From a virus (taxonomy: Duplodnaviria > Caudoviricetes): a stretch of 44,788 nucleotides of DNA. Below the pieces are notes generated by a model, which was not told the DNA's origin, did no database searches, and saw nothing but the letters and a program-made list of their open reading frames with translations. Position numbers and translations under genes: made by a program. This document shows positions 1 to 8,120 of this stretch, one piece after another. How positions within the stretch are numbered: the stretch's first letter is position 1; each line of letters starts with the position of its first letter. The stretch spans positions 1 through 44,788 of the IMG/VR virus record IMGVR_UViG_3300015063_000038. One strand, given 5' to 3'.

Positions 1-274
1 TGTCGAGTATTCGTGAGGAAGTTCCCTTGATATATTTGACTAAGCGATGGATACCAAACTGAGGATCACAACTCACCAGAAGGTGAACGTGATCGGGCAT
101 CACTTCCACGCTAATCATCGTCTGCCCCCATCGCTCAACCGTTTCAAGGATGATCTGTTTCAACCGCTCATCAATGCCATTGACCAGCACCTTACGACGG
201 TACTTTGGGCAAAAGACAAGGTGATAGTGGCAATTGAAAACAATATTTAAGTTGTGGCTAACTGCTGTATCCAT
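1..274 (-). CDS. tnpA: IS200/IS605 Y1 (HUH) transposase, 3'-truncated by the window edge
   Basis: Not in the ORF track. Manual translation MDTAVSHNLNIVFNCHYHLVFCPKYRRKVL...EVMPDHVHLLVSCDPQFGIHRLVKYIKGTSSR contains the YHLVFCPKYRR and DHVH motifs. Confidence 0.93.
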   Translation of the reverse strand, partial: MDTAVSHNLNIVFNCHYHLVFCPKYRRKVLVNGIDERLKQIILETVERWGQTMISVEVMPDHVHLLVSCDPQFGIHRLVKYIKGTSSRILD

Positions 275-382
275 GCAAGAAGTATAGCACACATCGCTAG
301 ATATAGCAAGGATATCTATCCAGGAAGTGGTACGCCGCTGATATCCCCATGTCTGAAGCCAGGGGTTTTACGCGGGATCTTG
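1..382 (-). mobile_element. IS200/IS605-family element, left end plus tnpA (runs off the window start)
   Basis: Minus strand reads TTAT|CAAGATCCCGCGTAAAA-CCCCTGGCTTCAGACATGGGG, i.e. target tetranucleotide, left end and subterminal hairpin, followed by tnpA. Confidence 0.85.
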
Positions 383-516
383 ATAACGAGAGCGATAATC
401 CAGGGCCATCGGCGAGGCTTTCGTTGGCGTTGTGGAGGTTGTGTTGTTGGAGGTTGCTGGTATTGGTCGGATGGTTGATAGGGGTACTGTGGTGGTTGTG
501 GTGGTATTTGTGACAT
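383..516 (-). pseudogene. 5' part of a Pro/Gln-rich membrane-anchored protein gene interrupted by the IS
   Basis: RBS AAGGA, then MSQIPPQPPQYPYQP...RKPRRWPWIIALV; the reading runs into the IS left end in the middle of the TM segment. Confidence 0.75.
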
Positions 517-753
517 GGTTTTCCTTTTTCGATATTTAAAACTACGATTGCAAATACAGAACGTGCGACGAGCGATAAAGTTAACACGTTTAGAGAAAGC
601 CCAAAAACGCCTGCTCGTTGTAATTCCCTATACTGTATCATTTCCCTTAATTCACGGAGACCACCACTTTTAGCAATTTATATATCAATATTCATGTTTC
701 GCAGAATTATGATATAGTTGAAATTGAGAATCTTATTTTCCTTGTAGTGAATC

Positions 754-2706
754 ATGCTACCACAAAATAGTAGAGATCTGAAGATGGATTCACGTCGGTT
801 TAATCGAAAGCAACGCACCGCATTATACCTTGCCAGTGATGGGCGTTGTGCTCTTTGTGGTGTCGAGTTAGAACAGGGTTGGCACGCAGATCATGAGCAT
901 CCGCGAGTACATGGAGGTCCAACCGATGTTATTAATGGGCAAGCACTATGCCCAACGTGCAACCTTAAAAAAGGGAAGAAAATACAGATGAGAGAGAGAA
1001 GGCCGTTACGGAAGTGGCAACAAGAGGCGTTAGTAATATACGATCAGCACCAGGAAAAGGCTTTCCTACTAGAAGCATGTCCAGCCGCAGGCAAATCAAG
1101 ATTCATCGCGGAAGTTGTACAACGCGAAATCAACAAAGAAAAAGCTAGCGCTATATTGATCGTTGTTCCCAGTGCGGCTTTACGTATACAGATGGCACTG
1201 GATTTCCATGAAGAGACAGGGATACAACTAGATCCCAAATGGAATGGGAATGGAGTTCCGCTTGCCCATGATGGTTTTATGGGCGCAGTCGTAACCTATC
1301 AGTGGCTTTCTAGTAACGCACAATTAGCTCGTAACAAGGTTTCAAGGCAGATTACACTTGCTGTTCTTGACGAGGTGCATCATGCTCAGGATGAAAAGTC
1401 ATGGGGAGAAGCATTGCGGGTTGCGCTTGAACCCGCAACAAGAATACTGCTCACAACCGGAACGCCATTTACCACCAACGGAAACAAAATATCTTTCGTT
1501 AATTACGACGAGCAAGGACTTTCAATTCCTGACTATGCCTATAATTACGGGATGGCGCTCACTGATGGGGTAGTACGAACAATCTTCTTTAACCACCACC
1601 AGGGCGAGATGACCTGGGATAGTGAGGATGGAACTCAAAAAGCCACTTTTGACGATAAATTGAGCAAACGTGATATAGGAAGGCGACTAAGAACCGCACT
1701 TCATGAGGATCATGAGCACATTGGCGTACTACTAAAAGAGGGGTTTTTAAAATTACGTGAATTACGTGAGGATGATCCCGACGCTGCAATGCTAGTAGTC
1801 GCAAAGGACCAAGACCACGCAAAGAAATTGGCTAAACGTATGCAGAAGGAGTTCGGTATAAATCCAATTGTGGCTGTTTCTGAGGATGGAGATGTGGCCT
1901 CTGGCGCTATTAAATCTTTCAAGCATAGTGGTGAACAATGTATCATTGCCGTGAATATGATAAGTGAAGGGGTAAATATCCCTCGCATTCGCGTGGTTGT
2001 CTATGCAACGAATGTCACCACCTTTCTTTACTTCATGCAGGTACTAGGTCGCGCAATGCGTACTGAAGCAGATCACGACGATCCTACAGCGTGGATATTT
2101 ATTCCTGCTGACAAACGCTTTCATGTTTTCGCTGACAAACTCATGAAAGAATGTGAAGAGGCTTTAATAAAACGCGAAAAGCGAGAGGCACCTAGCACAA
2201 GTGTCGATATAGACCAGGACACAATATGGTTTAATCCTCTCAGTGCCTCTTTTAGCAACGTGATAGCAACGGTTAACGGGATAAGTATCGATGCTAATGA
2301 GTTGGCAATAGCAGCAACGTTTAAAACCTCCAACCCCGCACTTAAAGGGACAGGCTTTTCAAAAGAACATATTGCAACCATGATGAAAGTACTAGGTTTT
2401 GATTTTCATGCAGCCCGTCAGAGTAACATACAGGAGCAACATTCTCCCTCAGAAGATCAGGTAAAACCTGAAAAGCCATTGTACGAGAGGATTTCAGATC
2501 TGAAGAAGGAGAATCATAAAATTGCAGGATCACTCCATTACCGTTTAAGCATAGAACATAAAGATATAAATTATCGTCTAAATAGTGCTGTAGGTATAAG
2601 TTCAATACAAAAATGTTCTGATTTGAATAAGTTACAACGACGATATGATCTTGCTAGACGTTGGATGACAAAAAATACAGGCCCAGAGGAGCCATTCAAT
2701 GACTAA
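754..2706 (+). CDS. HNH endonuclease fused to an SF2 (DEAD/DEAH, ResIII-like) helicase
   Basis: CALC..ADH..P..GG.T...NGQALCPTCN (HNH); ACPAAGKS, LDEVHH, TGTP, SEGVNIP and QVLGRAMR helicase motifs; start may be 784. Confidence 0.9.
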   Translation: MLPQNSRDLKMDSRRFNRKQRTALYLASDGRCALCGVELEQGWHADHEHPRVHGGPTDVINGQALCPTCNLKKGKKIQMRERRPLRKWQQEALVIYDQHQEKAFLLEACPAAGKSRFIAEVVQREINKEKASAILIVVPSAALRIQMALDFHEETGIQLDPKWNGNGVPLAHDGFMGAVVTYQWLSSNAQLARNKVSRQITLAVLDEVHHAQDEKSWGEALRVALEPATRILLTTGTPFTTNGNKISFVNYDEQGLSIPDYAYNYGMALTDGVVRTIFFNHHQGEMTWDSEDGTQKATFDDKLSKRDIGRRLRTALHEDHEHIGVLLKEGFLKLRELREDDPDAAMLVVAKDQDHAKKLAKRMQKEFGINPIVAVSEDGDVASGAIKSFKHSGEQCIIAVNMISEGVNIPRIRVVVYATNVTTFLYFMQVLGRAMRTEADHDDPTAWIFIPADKRFHVFADKLMKECEEALIKREKREAPSTSVDIDQDTIWFNPLSASFSNVIATVNGISIDANELAIAATFKTSNPALKGTGFSKEHIATMMKVLGFDFHAARQSNIQEQHSPSEDQVKPEKPLYERISDLKKENHKIAGSLHYRLSIEHKDINYRLNSAVGISSIQKCSDLNKLQRRYDLARRWMTKNTGPEEPFND

Positions 2707-3352
2707 TCAATTGGTAGAGCGCGGCTACCTCACCCAAAGCTTAGGTAGTGCGTCGCATAGTGGGGAACATGGATTTAAAGCAGTGCCGGGACTGCTAAAA
2801 CTTGTATTGAGGGAACGTGCATGGGAAAAGCGCATTATTGTAGAGACAGGGGAAGAGTTTCCAGGCTTTCCCAACTTTGAGGCATACCTTAGAGCTAACC
2901 CACCTAAAGGATTAGGTTCTGACATAGAACTAATTAACAATCTGATAGGCAAGGACGAAGAGTTGCGTGCAATGTTTTATGCCGCGCTGAGAAAACCCGT
3001 AGGGACTAATCAATACACTGAGGGTGTTTACAATGTCAACACCCTTGAGCAGCCACTAGAAAGCAATCAACATACTGAGGGGCTTGATATTATCAAGCCC
3101 CTCAACGGAAAACATAGCTATCCATCCGGTACATCGAAGGAATATGCCCTCCAAAGATTAAGCGACGAGGGGCATATCGAACTTCTTGAACAGGTCAAGG
3201 CTGGCAAACTTTCCGCTAACGCCGCAATGAAACAAGCTGGCTTTCGCCGCCCACGATTAGCAATAGCACTTGACGATCCTGAGTCAGCGGCGGCGTCCCT
3301 ACACGATAATGCTACCCCTGAGTTTCTGGAAGAACTGAAGCGGTTACTCTAG
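2699..3352 (+). CDS. Hypothetical partner protein coupled to the helicase, probably DNA-binding
   Basis: 8-nt overlap with the helicase gene; two NQ(Y/H)TEG repeats; C-terminal LLEQVKAGKLSANAA resembles ParB-like helical regions. Confidence 0.75.
   Translation: MTNQLVERGYLTQSLGSASHSGEHGFKAVPGLLKLVLRERAWEKRIIVETGEEFPGFPNFEAYLRANPPKGLGSDIELINNLIGKDEELRAMFYAALRKPVGTNQYTEGVYNVNTLEQPLESNQHTEGLDIIKPLNGKHSYPSGTSKEYALQRLSDEGHIELLEQVKAGKLSANAAMKQAGFRRPRLAIALDDPESAAASLHDNATPEFLEELKRLL
3021..3104. repeat. Two intragenic palindromes in a diverged 57-bp tandem duplication
   Basis: AGGGTGTTTACA-A-TGTCAACACCCT (3021-3045, one mismatch) and TGAGGGGCTTGATA-T-TATCAAGCCCCTCA (3076-3104, perfect). Confidence 0.9.
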
Positions 3353-3366
3353 CAACCAAGCAATAT

Positions 3367-3402
3367 AAAAGCTGGCTGATGTCTATTATTCAGCCAGCTT
3401 TT
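3367..3402. terminator. Bidirectional intrinsic terminator
   Basis: AAAAGCTGGCTGA...TCAGCCAGCTTTT between convergent genes. Confidence 0.8.
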
Positions 3403-3575
3403 CAAATCACAGCAACCAATCAGCGATATTACACAAGCTTTGCACAATTAAAAAGGGACCGCTCTATCTATGAGTCGGTCCCGCGCATATATTGAAGCAA
3501 AAATTGATGTTTTGCCGATAAATTTAGCATATTTTGGCATAATCATAAAAATAAAGGGGAAATTATCCCCCCCCC

Positions 3576-4415
3576 CTATGCGGCGATTGCACGTTTGGCT
3601 AATTTATTGAACAGAGGAGATTGAGAGGTGATTTCGGCAATACTTATCTTGCAGGGCATACGATCCGATCTAACGCCCTTGCTAAATGACATGGGATGCA
3701 TACCCAACTTCTTGCACATAGCAATCCCGAATTCAGATTGACCCACTGCGTATAGTTCATTTACATTGACACCCTGAGTCTTCAGATTGCCGAGAATAAA
3801 ACGGGCGGTGTGTTTGATGAGCGACGCTCCCAAGTAATCATCGGGAGTAGGATTGCCCCTGTCAATAGACTTCTGAGAAGGTTTTACAGCCATCTCAGCA
3901 ATATAAAATGGAGCGCTATCAGTTGCATCGAATGGTACGAGATCATCAATTGGTATTTCTCGATTGAGCAGTGTCCCGTCAAGCCGCTTCATAAGTGTAT
4001 CAATCGGAAGAATAAAACCCGACACGTAACCCAGAACTTCATTTCTCCGACGTAGTACATGGATGGATTGTGGGTTCTTTCGTATCCAAGCCCTGAGCAC
4101 CTCTTCAGGTACGGCGTGATTTGGCCCACCTGATACGCTAGCAACAAGATCAAAAACATATGGTAAATCTTCTGCCAATGCCAGACCAAAATCTAGCATT
4201 GAATTTTCATATGGAGCCTCTATCGCTTTCATATTTCTTACGTAAAGATTAACTTCCCTCTTACTATAGCCTCCCTCTCTTTTTCCGTCTGGGGTAATCC
4301 TCTTGATCTTTCCACTGTTTACTAGATTATAAAAAGTTGATGGCGAGACGCCAATAAGTTTGGTAGCCTCACTTGCAGAATACAACCCGCCTGGGATGCG
4401 CTTCTTTCCTGGCAT
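3576..4415 (-). CDS. Excisionase/MerR-like HTH fused to a GNAT-like domain (regulator)
   Basis: YSASEATKLIGVSPSTFYNLVNSGKI HTH; FYIAEMAV and LYAVGQSEFGIAMCKKLGM resemble GNAT motifs. Confidence 0.7.
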   Translation of the reverse strand: MPGKKRIPGGLYSASEATKLIGVSPSTFYNLVNSGKIKRITPDGKREGGYSKREVNLYVRNMKAIEAPYENSMLDFGLALAEDLPYVFDLVASVSGGPNHAVPEEVLRAWIRKNPQSIHVLRRRNEVLGYVSGFILPIDTLMKRLDGTLLNREIPIDDLVPFDATDSAPFYIAEMAVKPSQKSIDRGNPTPDDYLGASLIKHTARFILGNLKTQGVNVNELYAVGQSEFGIAMCKKLGMHPMSFSKGVRSDRMPCKISIAEITSQSPLFNKLAKRAIAA

Positions 4416-4556
4416 ATGCTATTTACCTTCCCTTCATTATTCACCTTTGTTATTATACCTTACTTTCTACAGAGTGTGAAGACTTCTATACTCTTTAACT
4501 TAAAACATGTAAAACTTGGATACGGAAAATATTCTGATGAAATAACCGCTTGCCTG

Positions 4557-4586
4557 TTGACAAAAGTCTGTAAAACTATTTATACT
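4557..4586 (+). promoter_or_regulatory. Sigma70-type promoter for the early operon
   Basis: TTGACA-18-TATACT; nearby repeats TGTAAAACT (4508, 4569) and AGAGTGT (4471, 4594) could be operators. Confidence 0.75.
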
Positions 4587-4594
4587 CTGTATAA

Positions 4595-5010
4595 GAGTGT
4601 AAGTACAGACTCTCAAGTCTGACGAGAGTAACGTATTTTAACAAAACAATAAAGCTCCTGTGACCTTGAGGAGTGGGTGAGCGCTACCGTATCGGCGTTA
4701 CAAAGCATCACTGATTTAACCTATGCCTCGTAGTGATGAGGATTACTACGACACCATCAGGAAGAACCGTGAGATTATATGGCTCGTCATTTGCAGAGCG
4801 CCCTAACTGTGGGAGATGTAAGTGATATGGAAAAGAAAAAAAGAAACTTGGCAGAACTTATAAGCCGCTGGTGGATATGTGGCACAACTATCGATATAGG
4901 TGTGTCTTGGCTTAAATCGGCGGCTTTTATTTTTCGACATGCGAATATCACCGGTTGACGTTTGAAAGGCTCTCACGGGCTTCTAAACGCCAGCTAGAGT
5001 GGCTGGACAT
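4595..5010 (+). ncRNA. Long structured 5' leader or ncRNA with an internal terminator-like hairpin
   Basis: No credible ORF; successive hairpins such as TCGTAGTGAT/ATTACTACGA, AAGCCGCTGG/TCGGCGGCTT followed by a T-tract, and CGTTTGAAAGGCTC/GGGCTTCTAAACG. Confidence 0.5.
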
Positions 5011-5033
5011 AGTTATAGTGAGAAAGGATTTTC

Positions 5034-5444
5034 ATGAAAGTAATACACCAGCTAGGAACAGAGCATGTCGAGATCGATGTACCCGCGTTGACTGCGTTCT
5101 TACTTCAGCAAAAGTTTTCACCTGCGTACATCGACGCTGTGACAATCATCCTAGTGCCATTTGAAGACGGCGATGATATCGATGATGAGACCTACGACAA
5201 ATTGTTTGTTGGTGATATCGACGTGCTGTTGTACCTCTACCGCACTGACATTACGCTGAATGCGCAGTTGTTGCGAGAGATCCGCCAGAGTTGGCATGAG
5301 AATGACCAGGACGAGAATGCGCCGGAATACACGGAGGATATGGTAATTGGGCCAATTGATGAAGTGGAGACGGCGGATATCGTAGCGTTTGGCAATCTGG
5401 ATTGCCCTCAATTTGTGACGGTTGGTGAGGCGGTACTTCTCTAG
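5034..5444 (+). CDS. Hypothetical acidic phage protein
   Basis: RBS AAAGGA; first ORF after the leader. Confidence 0.7.
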   Translation: MKVIHQLGTEHVEIDVPALTAFLLQQKFSPAYIDAVTIILVPFEDGDDIDDETYDKLFVGDIDVLLYLYRTDITLNAQLLREIRQSWHENDQDENAPEYTEDMVIGPIDEVETADIVAFGNLDCPQFVTVGEAVLL

Positions 5445-5537
5445 TTTGACATCTGGTCCTTTGCTCCGGTGGAGGACTAGACGCCAGATTAAGGGACATC
5501 TGGAAATAGCACTCGAAAGGGTGGGGATTGAAAGAAA

Positions 5538-5822
5538 TTGGAAGAACGGCGCTTTTATATTCGTGTCCCGTCATCGCGCATGTTCCTGGTAACGTGCAAC
5601 GGGCAAGAGGCAGAGAATTGGCGAGACCTGATAGCCGAGGCACGTCAGGCGGTTGAGCCAGAATTGCGTGAGCGCTGGCAAGAGTATCGCCAACGAGAAA
5701 TGGCAACTGTCGAGCAGGCGGTTGAACCTGATGCCGGTCTGGATGAAGTCATGGGGTTTGTGTGTAGTCCGTCGATGGAGTATGCTTGTCCGCCAGAGTT
5801 GGCATCGAAAGCGGTCTTCTAG
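5538..5822 (+). CDS. Hypothetical protein
   Basis: Co-oriented ORF in the operon. Confidence 0.55.
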   Translation: MEERRFYIRVPSSRMFLVTCNGQEAENWRDLIAEARQAVEPELRERWQEYRQREMATVEQAVEPDAGLDEVMGFVCSPSMEYACPPELASKAVF

Positions 5823-5843
5823 GGAGCAAGAGGAGAGGCAAGG

Positions 5844-6119
5844 ATGCCAGCAACAACAACGCAAACGGATTTGCGAGGATTGAAACAAACGTGGCAGGAT
5901 GCCTTAGACGAGCAACGTAGTGATGACGATGAGTATGTATTGCTCCACCACTTCGGCGATGATGGGATGATCGATGGGCATATCTTTATCGGCGAAAATT
6001 ACGCTGAAGAAACAGAGTGTGAAGTCGGATCGCATCCCAGGCAAAATGTCCCTGTAGTGCTGAGTGAACTGGGTATGATGCTGGTTCGCTTGAAATTACC
6101 ACCTGATGGGTGGTCGTAG
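5844..6119 (+). CDS. Hypothetical protein
   Basis: RBS GGAGAGG, co-oriented. Confidence 0.65.
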   Translation: MPATTTQTDLRGLKQTWQDALDEQRSDDDEYVLLHHFGDDGMIDGHIFIGENYAEETECEVGSHPRQNVPVVLSELGMMLVRLKLPPDGWS

Positions 6120-6166
6120 GGAAGTATGAATCGACATGCTCCCACGCTGAACAAAGGAGATGAATT

Positions 6167-6394
6167 ATGGCTGGATGGAAACGTATTCTTGATGGGCACC
6201 GAGGGCTTTACGCTCATCATTACGAAGGCAAAGAAATCACCGCAACCGTTGTTACTACGATTGGTCAGACTGACGCGTACAATTGTTTGACTACTGCCGA
6301 CGGTGAGACACCGCGAACTGATCTCACGATTGAGCAGGTTGACCAGCACTTGCAGGCAAACGGGGTTGATCCTGATAGTGCAGACTGGCGATAA
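6167..6394 (+). CDS. Hypothetical protein, tandem paralog 1
   Basis: RBS AAGGAG; MAGWK...LQANGVDPDSADWR. Confidence 0.8.
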   Translation: MAGWKRILDGHRGLYAHHYEGKEITATVVTTIGQTDAYNCLTTADGETPRTDLTIEQVDQHLQANGVDPDSADWR

Positions 6395-6431
6395 TCGGAT
6401 CAAAACCACGCAAATCACAAGGAGATGAATT

Positions 6432-6662
6432 ATGGCTGGATGGAAAGCAACATTGGACGCGAGCGAGAAGAGTTACGTTATTCATCACGCAGGCCGAAGT
6501 GTCGATGCGTCAATTGGCACCTCCGCTACACCTGCAACGTTTTACAGTTTCATCGACGCAGTAGACGATGGTGATGAGCCAGCAATGGAAGAAATGACCG
6601 AAGAGCAAATTACCGCCCGCCTGACCGCCAACGGGATCGATCCCGACAACGATTGGAAGTAG
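6432..6662 (+). CDS. Hypothetical protein, tandem paralog 2
   Basis: RBS AAGGAG; MAGWK...LTANGIDPDNDWK. Confidence 0.8.
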   Translation: MAGWKATLDASEKSYVIHHAGRSVDASIGTSATPATFYSFIDAVDDGDEPAMEEMTEEQITARLTANGIDPDNDWK

Positions 6663-6781
6663 TAGCATAGCAGTAGAGAGCGGTTGCCCATGCCGCTCTC
6701 ATTATTTCGGTTGGCGGTTTGCCCGTGTCCCTGATGATAGAGATAGAGGCAAGGTGCTAGTCACATCTTGAAGGTAAAAAC

Positions 6782-6988
6782 ATGTTAAAAATTGATAGCA
6801 ACGGCACGCATCTGGAGATTACACCACCCGACATGAACCTCCGGATACGTGGCAATCGATGGACGGTGATAGTACCGGCTAATGCGACACAAGTTTGCGA
6901 GACCATGGATGTTGATCCTGTTGAGGACGTAGACGGGGTGATACTGGACGCTATTATTCAGTGGGCGTTAGCGTTGCCTACGGATTAG
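6782..6988 (+). CDS. Hypothetical protein
   Basis: RBS GAAGGT, co-oriented. Confidence 0.6.
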   Translation: MLKIDSNGTHLEITPPDMNLRIRGNRWTVIVPANATQVCETMDVDPVEDVDGVILDAIIQWALALPTD

Positions 6989-7014
6989 TTATTACGCAAG
7001 CAAGGAGGCACAGA

Positions 7015-7233
7015 GTGAACAACATTCTTCATATTGAGGATCATCCCAGGTATGATCGCAATGCTGATGTAGTTGGAGGGAGACCGTTAAGCGAGTTGGA
7101 TATGAATGGCCTCCTGCTGTATACGAGGTTAAGCGGCACAACTTTAGCCGCATTTTGGAAAGTTGTTACTCCAGACGGTAAGAGCCATCAATACAGAAAG
7201 GATACTCATGTTTTCCCTGATACCACAGCCTGA
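7015..7233 (+). CDS. Hypothetical protein
   Basis: AAGGAGG then GTG at 7015. Confidence 0.6.
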   Translation: MNNILHIEDHPRYDRNADVVGGRPLSELDMNGLLLYTRLSGTTLAAFWKVVTPDGKSHQYRKDTHVFPDTTA

Positions 7234-7414
7234 GCGCAAATTGCCAGAACTTCAAGCACAACTTTTCGAGCAGTTGGCGGTTGAGTACACCAACTACAAG
7301 GCTGTCGAGTTGCTCAACCGTATGCCGATAGAGGGACGCGTTGCAATCACCATGAGTTTTATGGTTGCACCCTATGTGATACGAGCGATTCGACGTTGGC
7401 ACAAAGGCGAATAG
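7208..7414 (+). CDS. Hypothetical protein
   Basis: AAAGGA then ATG at 7208. Confidence 0.6.
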   Translation: MFSLIPQPERKLPELQAQLFEQLAVEYTNYKAVELLNRMPIEGRVAITMSFMVAPYVIRAIRRWHKGE

Positions 7415-7416
7415 CG

Positions 7417-7542
7417 ATGTCTCCAGACGTTGGCGCAATTGTGTTCGCTATAGTGATAGTGGTAGTAGCGTGTTGCTTAGTCGCCGCCTTTTTAGTTCCT
7501 CTCGATAGCATGAAACCTCTTAAGCATAAAAGAAAGAGCTGA
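7417..7542 (+). CDS. 41-aa single-TM peptide with a basic tail
   Basis: Manual translation MSPDVGAIVFAIVIVVVACCLVAAFLVPLDSMKPLKHKRKS; starts 2 nt after the upstream stop. Confidence 0.6.
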   Translation: MSPDVGAIVFAIVIVVVACCLVAAFLVPLDSMKPLKHKRKS

Positions 7543-7628
7543 CCACGTTTCGATCAGCTCTTCGACACCACTCTACACACCATGACTCAAATCAAGGCTT
7601 GTAGCACCAACGAGGAGAAGTATAGCAC

Positions 7629-7829
7629 ATGTTTTACGGAAAAAAAGATCTTACTAACGATCCTGATAATAACCCATTCCAACACGACGAATCGCGTCCC
7701 TTTTGCGCTAATGACAGTTGCATCTGCCGCGAAGACCAGGACAATATTCAGGAATTGAGTGGACACGTCAACAACGGACTGGCAACCACCAAGGACGCAG
7801 ACAACATCTATCATGGGAGGACAGTGTAA
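7629..7829 (+). CDS. Hypothetical protein (Cys-containing)
   Basis: RBS GAGGAG; PFCANDSCIC. Confidence 0.65.
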   Translation: MFYGKKDLTNDPDNNPFQHDESRPFCANDSCICREDQDNIQELSGHVNNGLATTKDADNIYHGRTV

Positions 7830-8030
7830 ATGGCAACACCTGAGATGATCGTACGTACCGCCGATGACGAGACCGAAGAAATGACACCAGAGCAAGTTGA
7901 GCAGGGCATGCGGGTTGCCTGGGAAGCATTGCAGGCTGGTCCTTCGTATCTTGAGCGCATGGACGATGAAACTGGTCGCCCTCATCTTTTTGATGTTGAT
8001 CCAACGGATAACAAGGAGTGGCTCTCTTAA
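7830..8030 (+). CDS. Hypothetical protein
   Basis: RBS GGAGG, abuts the upstream stop. Confidence 0.65.
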   Translation: MATPEMIVRTADDETEEMTPEQVEQGMRVAWEALQAGPSYLERMDDETGRPHLFDVDPTDNKEWLS

Positions 8031-8120
8031 CCAGCCAAACAAAACCGCCGAGTGGTAGAACGTACTCGGCGGTTTTGCGCATCTGCTCTATGGGATCGCT
8101 GTATTTATTTTACACGAAAC

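Noticed and set aside
47-478. Plus-strand ORFs 47-250 and 254-478
   Set aside because: Antisense shadows of tnpA, the IS end and the interrupted gene
4860-4935. Possible T-box riboswitch
   Set aside because: No GGTGGNACC T-box consensus or specifier stem; kept only as a generic structured leader
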